Virus record (IMG/VR): IMGVR_UViG_3300045004_000088
Span: 128,001 to 192,000 of that record
Direction: 5' to 3' (one strand)
Length of the DNA stretch: 64,000 nucleotides
Source: a virus
Part shown: positions 37,080 through 46,800 of the stretch, in pieces
How positions within the stretch are numbered: the first letter of the stretch is position 1
Layout: each line of letters begins with the position of its first letter
Notes under the pieces: generated by a model
What the model was told of the DNA's origin: nothing
Databases searched by the model: none
Seen by the model: only the letters and a program-made list of their open reading frames with translations
Translations under genes and position numbers: made by a program

Positions 37080-37893
37080 CGGACACCATCGGGAGTGAAA
37101 TCCGGGTGCCTTCTTTCTTGGCCTTCGGCTTCTTGGGCTTCACCTTGACGGGAACGAAAACGTGTCCGTTGGGGAATGCCCTGTATTCCTTGCCGTCGAG
37201 GGTCGGGTCAGCACCCGACTTGAACGCCGACCCTTGTTTGTAGAAGAACACCACGCCGGCCTTGTCGCAACGGTCCTTGATGTCCCGCGCCCACTGGGGA
37301 TCGTGCTGGCGATAATCGGTTCCGCTTTCGCCGCCGAAGATGAGCCAGTGTAACCCGGACAGATCGAGCTTGTCCAGAGGGCCACAGGCGGGTTCGTAAG
37401 AAACGAACCGCACCACGGCCGGAACCGACCGCAGGTGATCGGCACGCGAGACGTAGTCGTTGTTCTCGATTGTCGATCCGATCCAGACGTTCGGGTAGCC
37501 CGCACCCCAGTCCGAAGGCAAGCTCTGGAGGATGCGTTCCGGCCGCTTGGTGAGCAACTGCCATGTCAGTTGCGGGGTGGCGCGGATCAACGGCCACAGT
37601 TTCTTGAGTTCCTCGATGACGGTCGGGTGATCCTCGAACACGTCACACATGCTGGAACAGAAGACGAGGTGACGGACGCCGTCTTTGGTCGCGACGTTGT
37701 TCCACTTCAGGGGTTCGCCCCAGTGGAGATCGCCGAAGACGCGGCGCGGTTTGGTCTTGCCCCAAACGTCAAACTTGTACCGCAACGCCCAAGTTTCGGC
37801 GTAGCAGTTTTTGCACGCGGGGCTGACCTTCTCGCACCCCCAGACGATGTTGAAGGTGCGGTTGGTCCAAGAAATGGTTGTGACTTCAGCCAT
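37066..37893 (-). CDS. phage Gp37/Gp68 family (DUF5131-like) protein
   Basis: N-term ISWTNRTFNIVWGCEKVSPACKNCYAE is characteristic of the family. Confidence 0.6.
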   Translation of the reverse strand: MAEVTTISWTNRTFNIVWGCEKVSPACKNCYAETWALRYKFDVWGKTKPRRVFGDLHWGEPLKWNNVATKDGVRHLVFCSSMCDVFEDHPTVIEELKKLWPLIRATPQLTWQLLTKRPERILQSLPSDWGAGYPNVWIGSTIENNDYVSRADHLRSVPAVVRFVSYEPACGPLDKLDLSGLHWLIFGGESGTDYRQHDPQWARDIKDRCDKAGVVFFYKQGSAFKSGADPTLDGKEYRAFPNGHVFVPVKVKPKKPKAKKEGTRISLPMVSDDGS

Positions 37894-38152
37894 TGACGGG
37901 TTCCTCCGTAATCTTGAAGACGCCGATCAGGTAGTCCACGAAACCGTCGTGGACGTAGTCGCGGGCGAACTCGTTCGAGCCTTCGGGAACGGTTCCCATC
38001 CGGTTGCTCAGTTTCTTGACTTGGGCTGCGAACGCTCGCGCGTCTTCGATCTTATCGAAATTCTTCTTGAAATCATAGCGACCGTTTTGCAAGCTGCCAC
38101 CGCCACAGTTGTACTGGTAGCAGACGAAACGGACCTGATAGAACGTTTTCAC
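37886..38152 (-). CDS. small hypothetical protein
   Basis: 88-aa ORF, 8-nt overlap with the downstream gene. Confidence 0.45.
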   Translation of the reverse strand: MKTFYQVRFVCYQYNCGGGSLQNGRYDFKKNFDKIEDARAFAAQVKKLSNRMGTVPEGSNEFARDYVHDGFVDYLIGVFKITEEPVNG

Positions 38153-38529
38153 TTCAGTTCTCCGTCAACTTTGAAGACTTCGCCTTTGACGACCACGGTG
38201 ACGGGCCACAACACCACCGTGTACGGGCCGCGTTCCTTGTCGTTCTTGCTGCGTGCCAATTCGGAGGCAATGTCCTTTTCAGCCTCTTCGCGAGTCTTGT
38301 AGCTCCGCGAGTAAACGACAACGTGGCCGTACTTGTCGTAGGCGGTGTACTCGTATCCGCCGAACCGCCCCACGTTCACAGTCTGGGTGTCGCGGATAGC
38401 CAACTGCTCCGGTTCGCGAGGTTCACCGCGCCAGCCACAGTTGTTGCAGCGTTGTTGCAGCGATGCCCACACCCAACAGTCTCTGAGGGGTTGGTCGCCG
38501 TTGCAGTTCGGGCAGTTGGAGTATTTCAT
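38149..38529 (-). CDS. zinc-ribbon hypothetical protein
   Basis: 126-aa ORF; CPNCNG...CNNCGW. Confidence 0.5.
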   Translation of the reverse strand: MKYSNCPNCNGDQPLRDCWVWASLQQRCNNCGWRGEPREPEQLAIRDTQTVNVGRFGGYEYTAYDKYGHVVVYSRSYKTREEAEKDIASELARSKNDKERGPYTVVLWPVTVVVKGEVFKVDGELK

Positions 38530-38667
38530 GGCACCACTATAGACCGGGGACGAGCGTTCGGTTCCGAAAACAGGGAAGCATTGTAAAGGATTTCGGGTTT
38601 ACAAACAACCCGATTCGTCTATAGTGGCAGTGCGACCAATTCCACATCCTACCGGGAGACACTTCCT

Positions 38668-39780
38668 ATGGCCGAGAAGAACAACACTCGTGACGGTGGT
38701 TTGAACCGGGGCGGCATGGTCGGCCGCGTCAGCATCGGTGAACTCTATCACCGCATGAGGGACGTTCACACGGATCGTGAGGGCCAGAAGGAAGAAACCG
38801 CTTCGCCGGCAGCAATCACAGTCATCCCAAGCGCGGCGGTGACAACCGAGGACGCGGCGGCGCGGTCCAAACAGCGGCGTCAAGAGATTTGGGAAGACGC
38901 AAAGGCGAACGCCGCCTACTACATCGACCAAGCCAAGAAGGACGGCAACAAGAAACCGTGGTTCCAGTACGTCAAGAAGACCTTCCAGTACGGCGAATTC
39001 GTCCTCCTTACCCCGGACATGGCCGAAGAACTCTTGCGGTTCAACCCCGACAACCGGCACATGAAGCCGTGGTTGACGGCCGCGTACCGTCGCGACATGG
39101 AGAACGACAACTGGATTCCCGGTCACGAGGGGTTGGGCATCAACCTGTCGGGTAACATGTTCGACGGTCAGCACCGGGCCGAGGGCGTGGTCGAAGCGGA
39201 CAAGGCAGTGCCGGTGTGGATCGTATTCAACGTACTGGACGAAGCCAAGTTCGTCACCGACAGCGGCGCGAAGCGGAACGTCAACGAGAAGTTGGCGATG
39301 GTGTGCAAAGTCACGTTGCACAACCGCACCGCCGGCATGCTCAAGGCGATGATGCGGGGCATCACCCCACGGAACAAGTTCTCCGAGGCGGAAATCGCCA
39401 CGTTCGCGGTGTCGTACCAGAACGTCATCGAGTGGATCAGCCAATACCTGCCGGTGGCACGCGCCGACGTTCAGGCGGCTCTCGGCAAGGCGTTCCTCTG
39501 GTACGGGCCGGACAAGCTCGCGCCGTTCTGCGACCGACTGCGGGAGCTACAGTTCATTGACGACGAAGACCCCGCCAAGACGCTCTACAAGTACACTCAG
39601 CAACTGCGGACGGGGCGGGTGAACAACCCGATCTCGACCTACAAGAAAACGCTGGCGGCGATTGACGCCGTGATCAACGGCAAGCCGTGCAGTCGCCTCT
39701 ACGAGAAGGCCGACGACCTGTTCGAGTGGGTCGTGGACGAGAGCGGTTCCTACAAGGTGCCGCCCAAGACGGTTTCGTGA
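38668..39780 (+). CDS. ParB/Srx-fold DGQHR-motif protein (DndB/DpdB-like nuclease or NTPase domain)
   Basis: GINLSGNMFDGQHRAEGV contains the DGQHR signature; GGGAGA RBS. Confidence 0.55.
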   Translation: MAEKNNTRDGGLNRGGMVGRVSIGELYHRMRDVHTDREGQKEETASPAAITVIPSAAVTTEDAAARSKQRRQEIWEDAKANAAYYIDQAKKDGNKKPWFQYVKKTFQYGEFVLLTPDMAEELLRFNPDNRHMKPWLTAAYRRDMENDNWIPGHEGLGINLSGNMFDGQHRAEGVVEADKAVPVWIVFNVLDEAKFVTDSGAKRNVNEKLAMVCKVTLHNRTAGMLKAMMRGITPRNKFSEAEIATFAVSYQNVIEWISQYLPVARADVQAALGKAFLWYGPDKLAPFCDRLRELQFIDDEDPAKTLYKYTQQLRTGRVNNPISTYKKTLAAIDAVINGKPCSRLYEKADDLFEWVVDESGSYKVPPKTVS

Positions 39781-39796
39781 AACAAGAACCCTCACA

Positions 39797-39826
39797 CAGC
39801 GGGCAAAACGGCCCGCTGTGTGGTTG
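39797..39826 (+). terminator. strong hairpin after the DGQHR gene (no U-tract)
   Basis: CACACAGCGGGC-caaaac-GCCCGCTGTGTG perfect 12-bp stem. Confidence 0.4.
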
Positions 39827-39912
39827 AATCGGAGAAATTCGGCGCAAAACCGGAGAGTCCGATTCGGGGTGCTTTTGGATAGTGAGACGACATCCTCAAC
39901 CCGGTGACGCAA

Positions 39913-41526
39913 ATGCGCGACGAAAAATTCGACTTTTGGTTGGCGAACGGTTTCAACCTCTGTCTGGTCGGACACCACGGCGTCGGCAAAACGGCGTTGG
40001 TGAAGTCCTGCTTCGAGCGGGCCGGTCTGGTCAAAGACAAAACCTACATGTACTTTTCGGCGTCCACACTCGATCCGTGGGTGGACTTCGTGGGCGTTCC
40101 GCGTGAACGGACCATCGACAAGATGCCGCCGGAATTCGGCATCATCCGCGAACTCGCGGTCGTGAACGAAGACCTCGCAGTCGAGTGGGTCATGTCCAAC
40201 TGGAAGCTCAAGGAAGCTTCCGCCAAGAAGACCGTGTCGCACGCGCTCGGTCGCAAAGAGGGCAAGACGTTCCTCGAACTCGTTCGCCCGGAAGCGTTCG
40301 CGAACGACGACCTCGAAGCGATCTTCATTGACGAGTTCAACCGCGCACCGAAGAAGGTGCGGAACGCCGTCATGGAACTGCTCCAATTCAAGAGCATCAA
40401 CGGCAAGCGGTTCCCGAAGCTCCGCGCGGTCTGGACGGCGATCAACCCCAACGACGACGAGCAGCAGAAGTACGACGTGGAAGAGATCGATCCGGCACAG
40501 ATGGACCGCTTCGTCGTGTCCATCAAGGTCAGCTACAAGCCGAGTCTCGACTGGTTCGTCAAGGAATTCGGCACGCAGGCCGGCAAAGCGGCGGTCCAAT
40601 GGTGGACCGACCTCCCGCCCGACGAACAGAAGAACGTCAGCCCGCGTCGGCTGGAGTACGCTCTGCGGATGTGGGAGGCTCGCGGCGACGTGCGGGACGT
40701 GCTTCCGGGTTCGTCGGGCGTCAAGAAGCTGCTCAGTGCGTTGGACACCGGCCCGATCTCCGAGCGGATCGAGGCGTTGTTCAACAGCGGCGACAAGACG
40801 GCCGCGAAGTTGTTCCTCACCAACGAGAACAACTACGATTCGGGCGTCAAGGTGATTGTCGAGAGCGAAGCGATGATGGAGTTCTTCCTCCCGCTCTTGA
40901 ACAAAGAGAAGATCGCGGTTCTGCTCTCGGACAACCAGCGGGCGCGGACGATGATCTGCTCGTCGTTCAAGGCCCACGACGTGTTCCAGCACGCGATGCG
41001 GGAGATCTTGGAAGCGAAGCAGAACAAGCCGCTCATGGCACAGATCCGCAAAGCTCTGAGCGAGAGTGTCGTCCAGAAGGCGGGGTTCGGTCCCGACTCG
41101 AAGGCGGGTGAGAAACCCGAACCGCCGCACTTCGTTCGCGGGGCCGACAAGATCGCGGCGTGGGGTGCCAAGATCGCGGAACTGAAGCAGTTGCCGGTGG
41201 ACGCCGCGCAACAGCGGACGGCGATCTACAACCAGATGGTCGCCCACATTCCCGAAAAGATGACGGGGGACGAAGCCCTCGGCACACTCGAACTGCTCAA
41301 CGGGCTGATGCAGCGGGCGTGGCAGACCGCCCTAACGTCCGACACCGCGACGGGCATGAAGCTGGTGGTCAACATGGCGAACCACGCCATCGCGCAACTG
41401 GCAATCAACAAATCGATGTCGTGGAGTGACATCCTCGACAACTACATGAAGAAGATGAACTACCTGTTGGACAAGGTCCGCACCGCCGGCCTCGCCAACA
41501 AGATCTTCACACCGGCGAAGGGCTGA
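39913..41526 (+). CDS. MoxR-like AAA+ ATPase
   Basis: Walker A LVGHHGVGKT; Walker B/sensor IFIDEFNRAPKKVRNAVMELL; ATG at 39913 with GGTGA RBS (a GTG at 39904 is also possible). Confidence 0.7.
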   Translation: MRDEKFDFWLANGFNLCLVGHHGVGKTALVKSCFERAGLVKDKTYMYFSASTLDPWVDFVGVPRERTIDKMPPEFGIIRELAVVNEDLAVEWVMSNWKLKEASAKKTVSHALGRKEGKTFLELVRPEAFANDDLEAIFIDEFNRAPKKVRNAVMELLQFKSINGKRFPKLRAVWTAINPNDDEQQKYDVEEIDPAQMDRFVVSIKVSYKPSLDWFVKEFGTQAGKAAVQWWTDLPPDEQKNVSPRRLEYALRMWEARGDVRDVLPGSSGVKKLLSALDTGPISERIEALFNSGDKTAAKLFLTNENNYDSGVKVIVESEAMMEFFLPLLNKEKIAVLLSDNQRARTMICSSFKAHDVFQHAMREILEAKQNKPLMAQIRKALSESVVQKAGFGPDSKAGEKPEPPHFVRGADKIAAWGAKIAELKQLPVDAAQQRTAIYNQMVAHIPEKMTGDEALGTLELLNGLMQRAWQTALTSDTATGMKLVVNMANHAIAQLAINKSMSWSDILDNYMKKMNYLLDKVRTAGLANKIFTPAKG

Positions 41527-41596
41527 AAACTTCGACGCAAAACCGGAGGGTACACGCAACCTGCGTGTACCCCTCGTAGCCAATACGGAGACTCAC

Positions 41597-43072
41597 ATGT
41601 CCGACGAAATCGCTCCCGAAGTTGAACCCGAAGTCGAAGTCGCACCGCAACCGGCCGAGCCGAAGCCCTTCAAGTTGACGGGCGACGAGTGGCGCGAAAT
41701 GCTGCTCTCCCTCGAAGAACACCACGGCGTGTTTTACAAGTTGTGGTCGATGGGCATGCCCATCTTCACCACCCAGATCGACACCGCCGCAGTCTCGTTC
41801 AGCAAGGGCGGCGACTTGGTGGCGTTCCTGTTCAACCCGCACTACTGGCAGAAGTGTACCCCCTACGAACGCAAATTCGTGATCTGTCACGAGGCGTTGC
41901 ACGTCATCCTGAATCACGGCGTCCGCATCAAGGACTCCGAAGATCGGGAGATGAGCAACATCGCGCTCGACGTGGTCGTCAACCACATGCTCACCCGGTG
42001 CTTCGCGTTCGACCGCGACCAGATCAGCAACTGGGAAAAGCTGTGTTGGGTGGACACCGTGTTCAAGCGGCCGGACGGCAAGATCCGCCACGACCCGCGT
42101 ACCTCGCGACCCATCGCGGAAGACGAGTCGTTCGAGTATTACCTGAACATGCTCGCCAAGCACGGCATGCCGAAGTGCGGCAAGGGCAAGCAGGGGCAGG
42201 GCAACCCGTGTCAGGGTCAACAGGGGCAGGGCGGCGGTCAGGGGAACCAGCAAGGTGACGGTCAGGGTCAGCAACCCGGCGACGGGCTGCAAACACTGGA
42301 CGATCACGAAGTGATGAGCGATCCCGACAACGATTGGGGCGCGGTCATCGACCGACTGGACGAGGAACTGTCGGACGACGAGAAAGAGACGATCAAGTCT
42401 CAAATCGAGAAGCACTTTCAGCCGTCGCCGTCGCAACGTGCTGGTACGCATCCGGGCGGGCAGTGGCACATCGCGAACGTGAAGAAGGTGCCGAAGAAGA
42501 AGAAGTGGGAATCGGTCATCAAGAAGTGGGTCCAGACCAAGATTCAGGAAAAGGACAGCGACGAAGAACAGTGGTCGCGGCTGAACCGCCGGATGGTGAT
42601 GCTCCCGCGCGACATGTTCCTGCCGTCGCAGATGGAAATCGAGGACCGCGTCAAGGACAAGAACCGCATCAAGGTGTTGTTCTTCCTCGACACGTCCGGC
42701 TCGTGCTGGCACCTGAAGGACCGCTTCTTCACGGCCGCGACGAGCATTCCCGAAGACCGATTCGACGTTCGCCTCTTCTGCTTCGACACGTCGGTCTACC
42801 CGACCGATCTGAAGGACAAGAAGATGCACGGCGGTGGGGGGACGTACTTCCACATCCTCGAACAGTACATCCAGAGGATGATGCAACAGGACGGCGACGG
42901 GCGGTATCCCGATGCCGTCTGGGTTCTCACTGACGGGTACGGCGACCGCGTCACACCGGCGATGCCCGACCGCTGGTACTGGTTCCTCGAAGGCAGTATG
43001 ACCGCGAAGTCACTGACTTCCAGCTACTGTCCCGAAGAATGTGCGGTTTTCAAGCTCACCGATTTCGAGTAA
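41597..43072 (+). CDS. VWA-domain protein with N-terminal HExxH putative metallopeptidase domain (DUF2201-like partner of MoxR ATPases)
   Basis: CHEALHVILNHG HExxH; LFFLDTSGSC MIDAS-like; GGAGAC RBS; directly downstream of the AAA+ gene. Confidence 0.65.
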   Translation: MSDEIAPEVEPEVEVAPQPAEPKPFKLTGDEWREMLLSLEEHHGVFYKLWSMGMPIFTTQIDTAAVSFSKGGDLVAFLFNPHYWQKCTPYERKFVICHEALHVILNHGVRIKDSEDREMSNIALDVVVNHMLTRCFAFDRDQISNWEKLCWVDTVFKRPDGKIRHDPRTSRPIAEDESFEYYLNMLAKHGMPKCGKGKQGQGNPCQGQQGQGGGQGNQQGDGQGQQPGDGLQTLDDHEVMSDPDNDWGAVIDRLDEELSDDEKETIKSQIEKHFQPSPSQRAGTHPGGQWHIANVKKVPKKKKWESVIKKWVQTKIQEKDSDEEQWSRLNRRMVMLPRDMFLPSQMEIEDRVKDKNRIKVLFFLDTSGSCWHLKDRFFTAATSIPEDRFDVRLFCFDTSVYPTDLKDKKMHGGGGTYFHILEQYIQRMMQQDGDGRYPDAVWVLTDGYGDRVTPAMPDRWYWFLEGSMTAKSLTSSYCPEECAVFKLTDFE

Positions 43073-43089
43073 TCCGGCCTATACTGACC

Positions 43090-43120
43090 TCGTGTAACTC
43101 ACGAGGTCAGTTTCTAGGAG
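43090..43120 (+). terminator. hairpin terminator
   Basis: CTGACCTCGTG-taact-CACGAGGTCAG followed by TTTCT. Confidence 0.5.
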
Positions 43121-43126
43121 ACGGAA

Positions 43127-43624
43127 ATGAATCAGCAGAACGAAGAAACCCCCGCACAGAAAGCGGCCGAAGCGGTCGGGTGTGGCATGATCGCGGCGGC
43201 GGTCGTAGCCCTCATCATCGTCATGTTCATGGCGCAAATCGATTCGGCCAAGAAAACGGCTACGGACTGGCTGGAACGGTCGAAAACGCCGGCCGGGTAC
43301 ATCACGGGCAAAGTTACCAACGTCAAAACGTGGCAAGAAGAAGACTTCAAACACAAAGAAGGCAACCTGACCCTGACGCTCCCCATCAGGGATCGTTGCG
43401 AGGTCACGTTCAGCGACGGCCGGACACGCAAGTTCGTCGGCATGCCGAAAGATACGGTTCCGACCGACAAGGAAATGACGTTCATCTGGGGCGGGTTTGA
43501 CATCCTGCTCGAAGTGGTGGACGCCGAGGAGTTCAAGAAGCGACCCCACAAACCCGGCGACCCGCCGCCACCTCCGAACAACATCGGCGCGGTAGTGGCA
43601 CCGCCACCGGAGAAAAAGACATGA
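43127..43624 (+). CDS. membrane-anchored protein with Pro-rich C-terminus
   Basis: 165 aa; one TM helix (GCGMIAAAVVALIIVMFMA); GGAGACGG RBS. Confidence 0.5.
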   Translation: MNQQNEETPAQKAAEAVGCGMIAAAVVALIIVMFMAQIDSAKKTATDWLERSKTPAGYITGKVTNVKTWQEEDFKHKEGNLTLTLPIRDRCEVTFSDGRTRKFVGMPKDTVPTDKEMTFIWGGFDILLEVVDAEEFKKRPHKPGDPPPPPNNIGAVVAPPPEKKT

Positions 43625-43944
43625 AGGTCCGATTCAACGAGCTACAACGCAAGGCGTGTATCAACGCCACACGTTGTCTGCAAGCGGTCGTGGTCGTGAC
43701 ACTCAACCGCGACCCTCTCGGCGAGACGTGGATCAATCGGGCGGCGCACTTGATGAAGTACATCGGCCCAGAAGCGATCAACCTTTCGGATGCGGACCTG
43801 ACGCCCGAAGAAGCCGTAACGCTTGCGAAAGCTCTGGACGTGATGCACTACGTCTGGACGTTCTCGAAGGAACTCCCTCTGTCGCGGGAAGAACGCAACA
43901 AGGTCTTGAACTCGGTTCGCCAGTGCAAGTCCGCAATCCAGTGA
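43621..43944 (+). CDS. hypothetical protein
   Basis: ATGA start/stop overlap with the upstream gene. Confidence 0.45.
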   Translation: MKVRFNELQRKACINATRCLQAVVVVTLNRDPLGETWINRAAHLMKYIGPEAINLSDADLTPEEAVTLAKALDVMHYVWTFSKELPLSREERNKVLNSVRQCKSAIQ

Positions 43945-43951
43945 GGCCAAG

Positions 43952-45118
43952 ATGGACTTCTCTCGTTTCGTGCCGCCGAAGATGATCCCGTCGCTCCACT
44001 GGTTGGGGCGGCGGGATTGGGTCGAGTACGGCGACATTCCAGACCGCCGACAGGTCTGGGGTCGGCCGAAAGAACTCGTCATCGCCGACAAGCCGGTCGA
44101 AAAGACCTTCTCGGCTATTGGACAATTGGACGACCCGAAGCAGCCGTGGCTGAACCGTCCCGGCAAGCTCTACGTTACCCCGCAAGAGTACAACTCGCGG
44201 CCCGTGGAGTTCTGGAACGAGACGCGGCGTATCTTGCAGTGGTTGGCCCACAATCCGATCAGTACCTTCTTCATGTACGGCATGAGCCGGTCGCTGGCCG
44301 ATGGCGCGAAGATCTTCAAGGCGACCACTCAGCAGTGCCTCGACCTCGCGAGCGACGAAGGCGAGATGACATGCGACTGGCCCTTCGAGGATCACAACCA
44401 GCCGTACCCGGTCTTCATTCTCGAACTGCCCTACGAGTACCAACAGCGGCTGAAGACGATCTTTAAGACGGAAACGGTGCCGTCGCACGTCTTCTGCCAG
44501 CACGAGAAGGACCGGATGATCACCGTCTCCGCGTTCTTCAATCGTGACAACGTGGTCACGCACCTGACGCCCAATCGCGCCGAGTACGCGACCCTCGAAG
44601 ACTCCATCGTCTCGAACCGCCGCCGCCGGTCGAACAGTAGCGACATCGCCGACCCGTCGATCCACCAAGAGAACGACTTCGACGTTGCCGAGTTGACGCA
44701 GCGGTTGGCGATCAACTTCGGAATGTGGATGAGCTTCATCGGCACACACGTCAAGGGTCCGCTTGAGCCGGAAGAGTACGCCCGACTGAAACACGAGGCT
44801 TCACTCACCAGCCACAAGAAGCAACGCCGCGCCCAGAGCGCCCGCGATCAGCTTCTGGGGAGTTTGCAGCAGATCGTATTCGATCAGGTTGTCGAGTTCC
44901 ACGACGAGATCATCGAGGTCGATCCGCGACCGGACGCGGCGGGCGGAACCCACCGCTCGCCCAAGCCGCACCGCCGTCGCGCCCACTGGCGCAAGCAGGT
45001 GTGCGGGCCGAACAACAGCGAGCGGAAGTGGATTCCGATCAAGTCGGTGATCGTGCGGAAGTCGGCCTTCGTTGGTGACATCTCGCAGATGACGACAACC
45101 TACGTCACAAAGAAGTGA
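43952..45118 (+). CDS. hypothetical protein
   Basis: 388-aa ORF. Confidence 0.55.
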   Translation: MDFSRFVPPKMIPSLHWLGRRDWVEYGDIPDRRQVWGRPKELVIADKPVEKTFSAIGQLDDPKQPWLNRPGKLYVTPQEYNSRPVEFWNETRRILQWLAHNPISTFFMYGMSRSLADGAKIFKATTQQCLDLASDEGEMTCDWPFEDHNQPYPVFILELPYEYQQRLKTIFKTETVPSHVFCQHEKDRMITVSAFFNRDNVVTHLTPNRAEYATLEDSIVSNRRRRSNSSDIADPSIHQENDFDVAELTQRLAINFGMWMSFIGTHVKGPLEPEEYARLKHEASLTSHKKQRRAQSARDQLLGSLQQIVFDQVVEFHDEIIEVDPRPDAAGGTHRSPKPHRRRAHWRKQVCGPNNSERKWIPIKSVIVRKSAFVGDISQMTTTYVTKK

Positions 45119-45158
45119 ATGGCCTCTAAATAGAGGCATAAAGACCTTCAAAGAATAC

Positions 45159-45377
45159 TTGGCCGAACAAGACACGAAAAAGGGCGGGGACACCGAAAAG
45201 CAAGACAAATGCCCTTACTGCGGTCGCGCCAAAGGACCGGGTATGTGCATGTTCTGCGACAACGGAATTGGCAAGACCACCGGCTCGATCAGTATGCCGA
45301 AGGTGACCAGCAAAGCCCCCGTTGACAAATTCGGGAAGCTCGACCGGAGCGTTCGCGGCCCGACCAGCATCAACTAA
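45159..45377 (+). CDS. small zinc-ribbon protein
   Basis: CPYCG...CMFCDNG. Confidence 0.4.
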   Translation: MAEQDTKKGGDTEKQDKCPYCGRAKGPGMCMFCDNGIGKTTGSISMPKVTSKAPVDKFGKLDRSVRGPTSIN

Positions 45378-45385
45378 GGTGCCAA

Positions 45386-45571
45386 ATGGAAGACGAATCC
45401 AAGAAGGAAGGCAAACTGCCCGAATGCCCAGAATGCTCCGGGCCTCGCGCCGTGTACTGTCGTCAACCCCACACGCTCCGAATCGAGTGTCCCGACTGCG
45501 GTCTGAAGACCGCCGAGTACGCCGAAGACGCGGGCGGCGTCATGTCTGTTCCGTGGGGACATTTGCTGTAA
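45386..45571 (+). CDS. small zinc-ribbon protein
   Basis: CPECSG...CPDCG. Confidence 0.4.
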   Translation: MEDESKKEGKLPECPECSGPRAVYCRQPHTLRIECPDCGLKTAEYAEDAGGVMSVPWGHLL

Positions 45572-45911
45572 GACCGAACGCCTGTCGAACGTAGTTCCAT
45601 CCGGGGAAGCCGCCGAGGTTGCGATCATCAATGTAGCAGTGGGCGTAAACCTTACGCCCACCGTCGTCGCGGAAGTCATCTTCTCGGCGGTTCTCGTTGA
45701 CGGAATGAACCTCGACGCCGTGTTTCTTGAGGAACCTGACGGCTTCGGTGAGGTACTGACGCTTGCGAGTGTCCTCGCGGCAGGTGTTGAGGACGATGGT
45801 GTGGCCGGCGACGATCAGGTCGCGGAGGGTTTGGATGCCCTCAAGCGGCTCGCCGATGTCCGGGTAGTCATGTTCCACAACAGTGCCGTCGAAGTCTACT
45901 GAAATGATCAT
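45540..45911 (-). CDS. HAD-superfamily phosphatase (possible nucleotide or polynucleotide 3'-phosphatase)
   Basis: Met 22 of ORF 45540..45974 with GGTGA RBS; motif I ISVDFDGTV (DxDGT). Confidence 0.5.
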   Translation of the reverse strand: MIISVDFDGTVVEHDYPDIGEPLEGIQTLRDLIVAGHTIVLNTCREDTRKRQYLTEAVRFLKKHGVEVHSVNENRREDDFRDDGGRKVYAHCYIDDRNLGGFPGWNYVRQAFGLTANVPTEQT

Positions 45912-45921
45912 GGAGTCACCA

Positions 45922-46164
45922 ATGGAAATGAAAGCCATGTGTCTCACGTTCGGGGAACTCAAACCCAGAGACACGTTCGTTACGGTAGGTGGTCACAGTC
46001 TACTGCAAAAAATCCATCCTGTCAAAAGCAAGAGGACGCCGGGCCTCCAGTACGTCGCACAGGACCATGTTTCCGGCGTGATCGTGCCTATGGAAGACTC
46101 AACCCTCGTTTACATCGTGGTAATCGGAGATTGGGCGAAACGAACGGATCTCAAGGACGACTGA
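45922..46164 (+). CDS. small hypothetical protein
   Basis: Internal Met of ORF 45883..46164 preceded by GGAG. Confidence 0.35.
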   Translation: MEMKAMCLTFGELKPRDTFVTVGGHSLLQKIHPVKSKRTPGLQYVAQDHVSGVIVPMEDSTLVYIVVIGDWAKRTDLKDD

Positions 46165-46800
46165 TCAATGATGCGGGAGAGGCCAGTTTGACTGATCTGG
46201 AATCGGCGGCTCGTCAATCTTGCCGGCATTCACTGCAACTTCACCGATGGCTTCCTCGGTGAAGAAGAAACCGTCTTCGAGTTCTAGCAAGTGTTCGAGA
46301 GCTACGGCGGTCCACTTGCCGTAGATGAACTTGAACTTGAAGTGACGCCCTTCGAGTTCATCGCTGTGGACGAAGGCCAGCCACGGGCGGCGGGTCTTCT
46401 TCCACAAGAGCATCGGTTTGCGTTCGGCGCGGGCAACGTCGTCGGTTACTTGTTTCAAGAAGGCGTTGAGCGTACCACTCTCTTTTAGCAGCACCAAATT
46501 CAAGTCGATGTCGTCGTAGCCATTCTTGGACTCCAACACCCACTTGAAACCTTTGGGGCAACACAGATCTCCCGTCAGCGTGTCCTTCGCGTGCTTGGGG
46601 AGGTTCTTGACCTGTCCCCAACGGTTGCCTGAACCGACAGAGCGACTGAAGCCGTCGCCGAATCTGGTGGTGAACAGTTTGACGAGATCGCGTTCGGCAC
46701 GTTTGCCCTTTTTGCCGCCATCGACCTTCTTCTTTTTCTTGCTCTTGAGTTCCAGAACGTCATCGACGCTCAGGCCGCTCAGGTCCAGTTTGGGTTTCAT
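46165..46800 (-). CDS. putative Holliday-junction resolvase / PD-(D/E)xK nuclease (Hjc-like)
   Basis: ERDLVKLF...GDL...VLESK resembles the Hjc E..D..ExK pattern; basic N-term. Confidence 0.45.
   Translation of the reverse strand: MKPKLDLSGLSVDDVLELKSKKKKKVDGGKKGKRAERDLVKLFTTRFGDGFSRSVGSGNRWGQVKNLPKHAKDTLTGDLCCPKGFKWVLESKNGYDDIDLNLVLLKESGTLNAFLKQVTDDVARAERKPMLLWKKTRRPWLAFVHSDELEGRHFKFKFIYGKWTAVALEHLLELEDGFFFTEEAIGEVAVNAGKIDEPPIPDQSNWPLPHH

Noticed and set aside
38530-38620. CACTATAG resemblance to the T7 promoter core
   Set aside because: Only 8 nt match and no T7-like RNA polymerase is in the window. Kept only as an inverted-repeat operator candidate.
39547-42886. Long minus-strand ORFs (566 aa and 459 aa)
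   Set aside because: Antisense to the AAA+ and VWA genes, which have clear Walker, HExxH and MIDAS motifs.
43778-44794. 338-aa minus ORF
   Set aside because: Antisense to 43952-45118; Arg/Leu/Val-rich.
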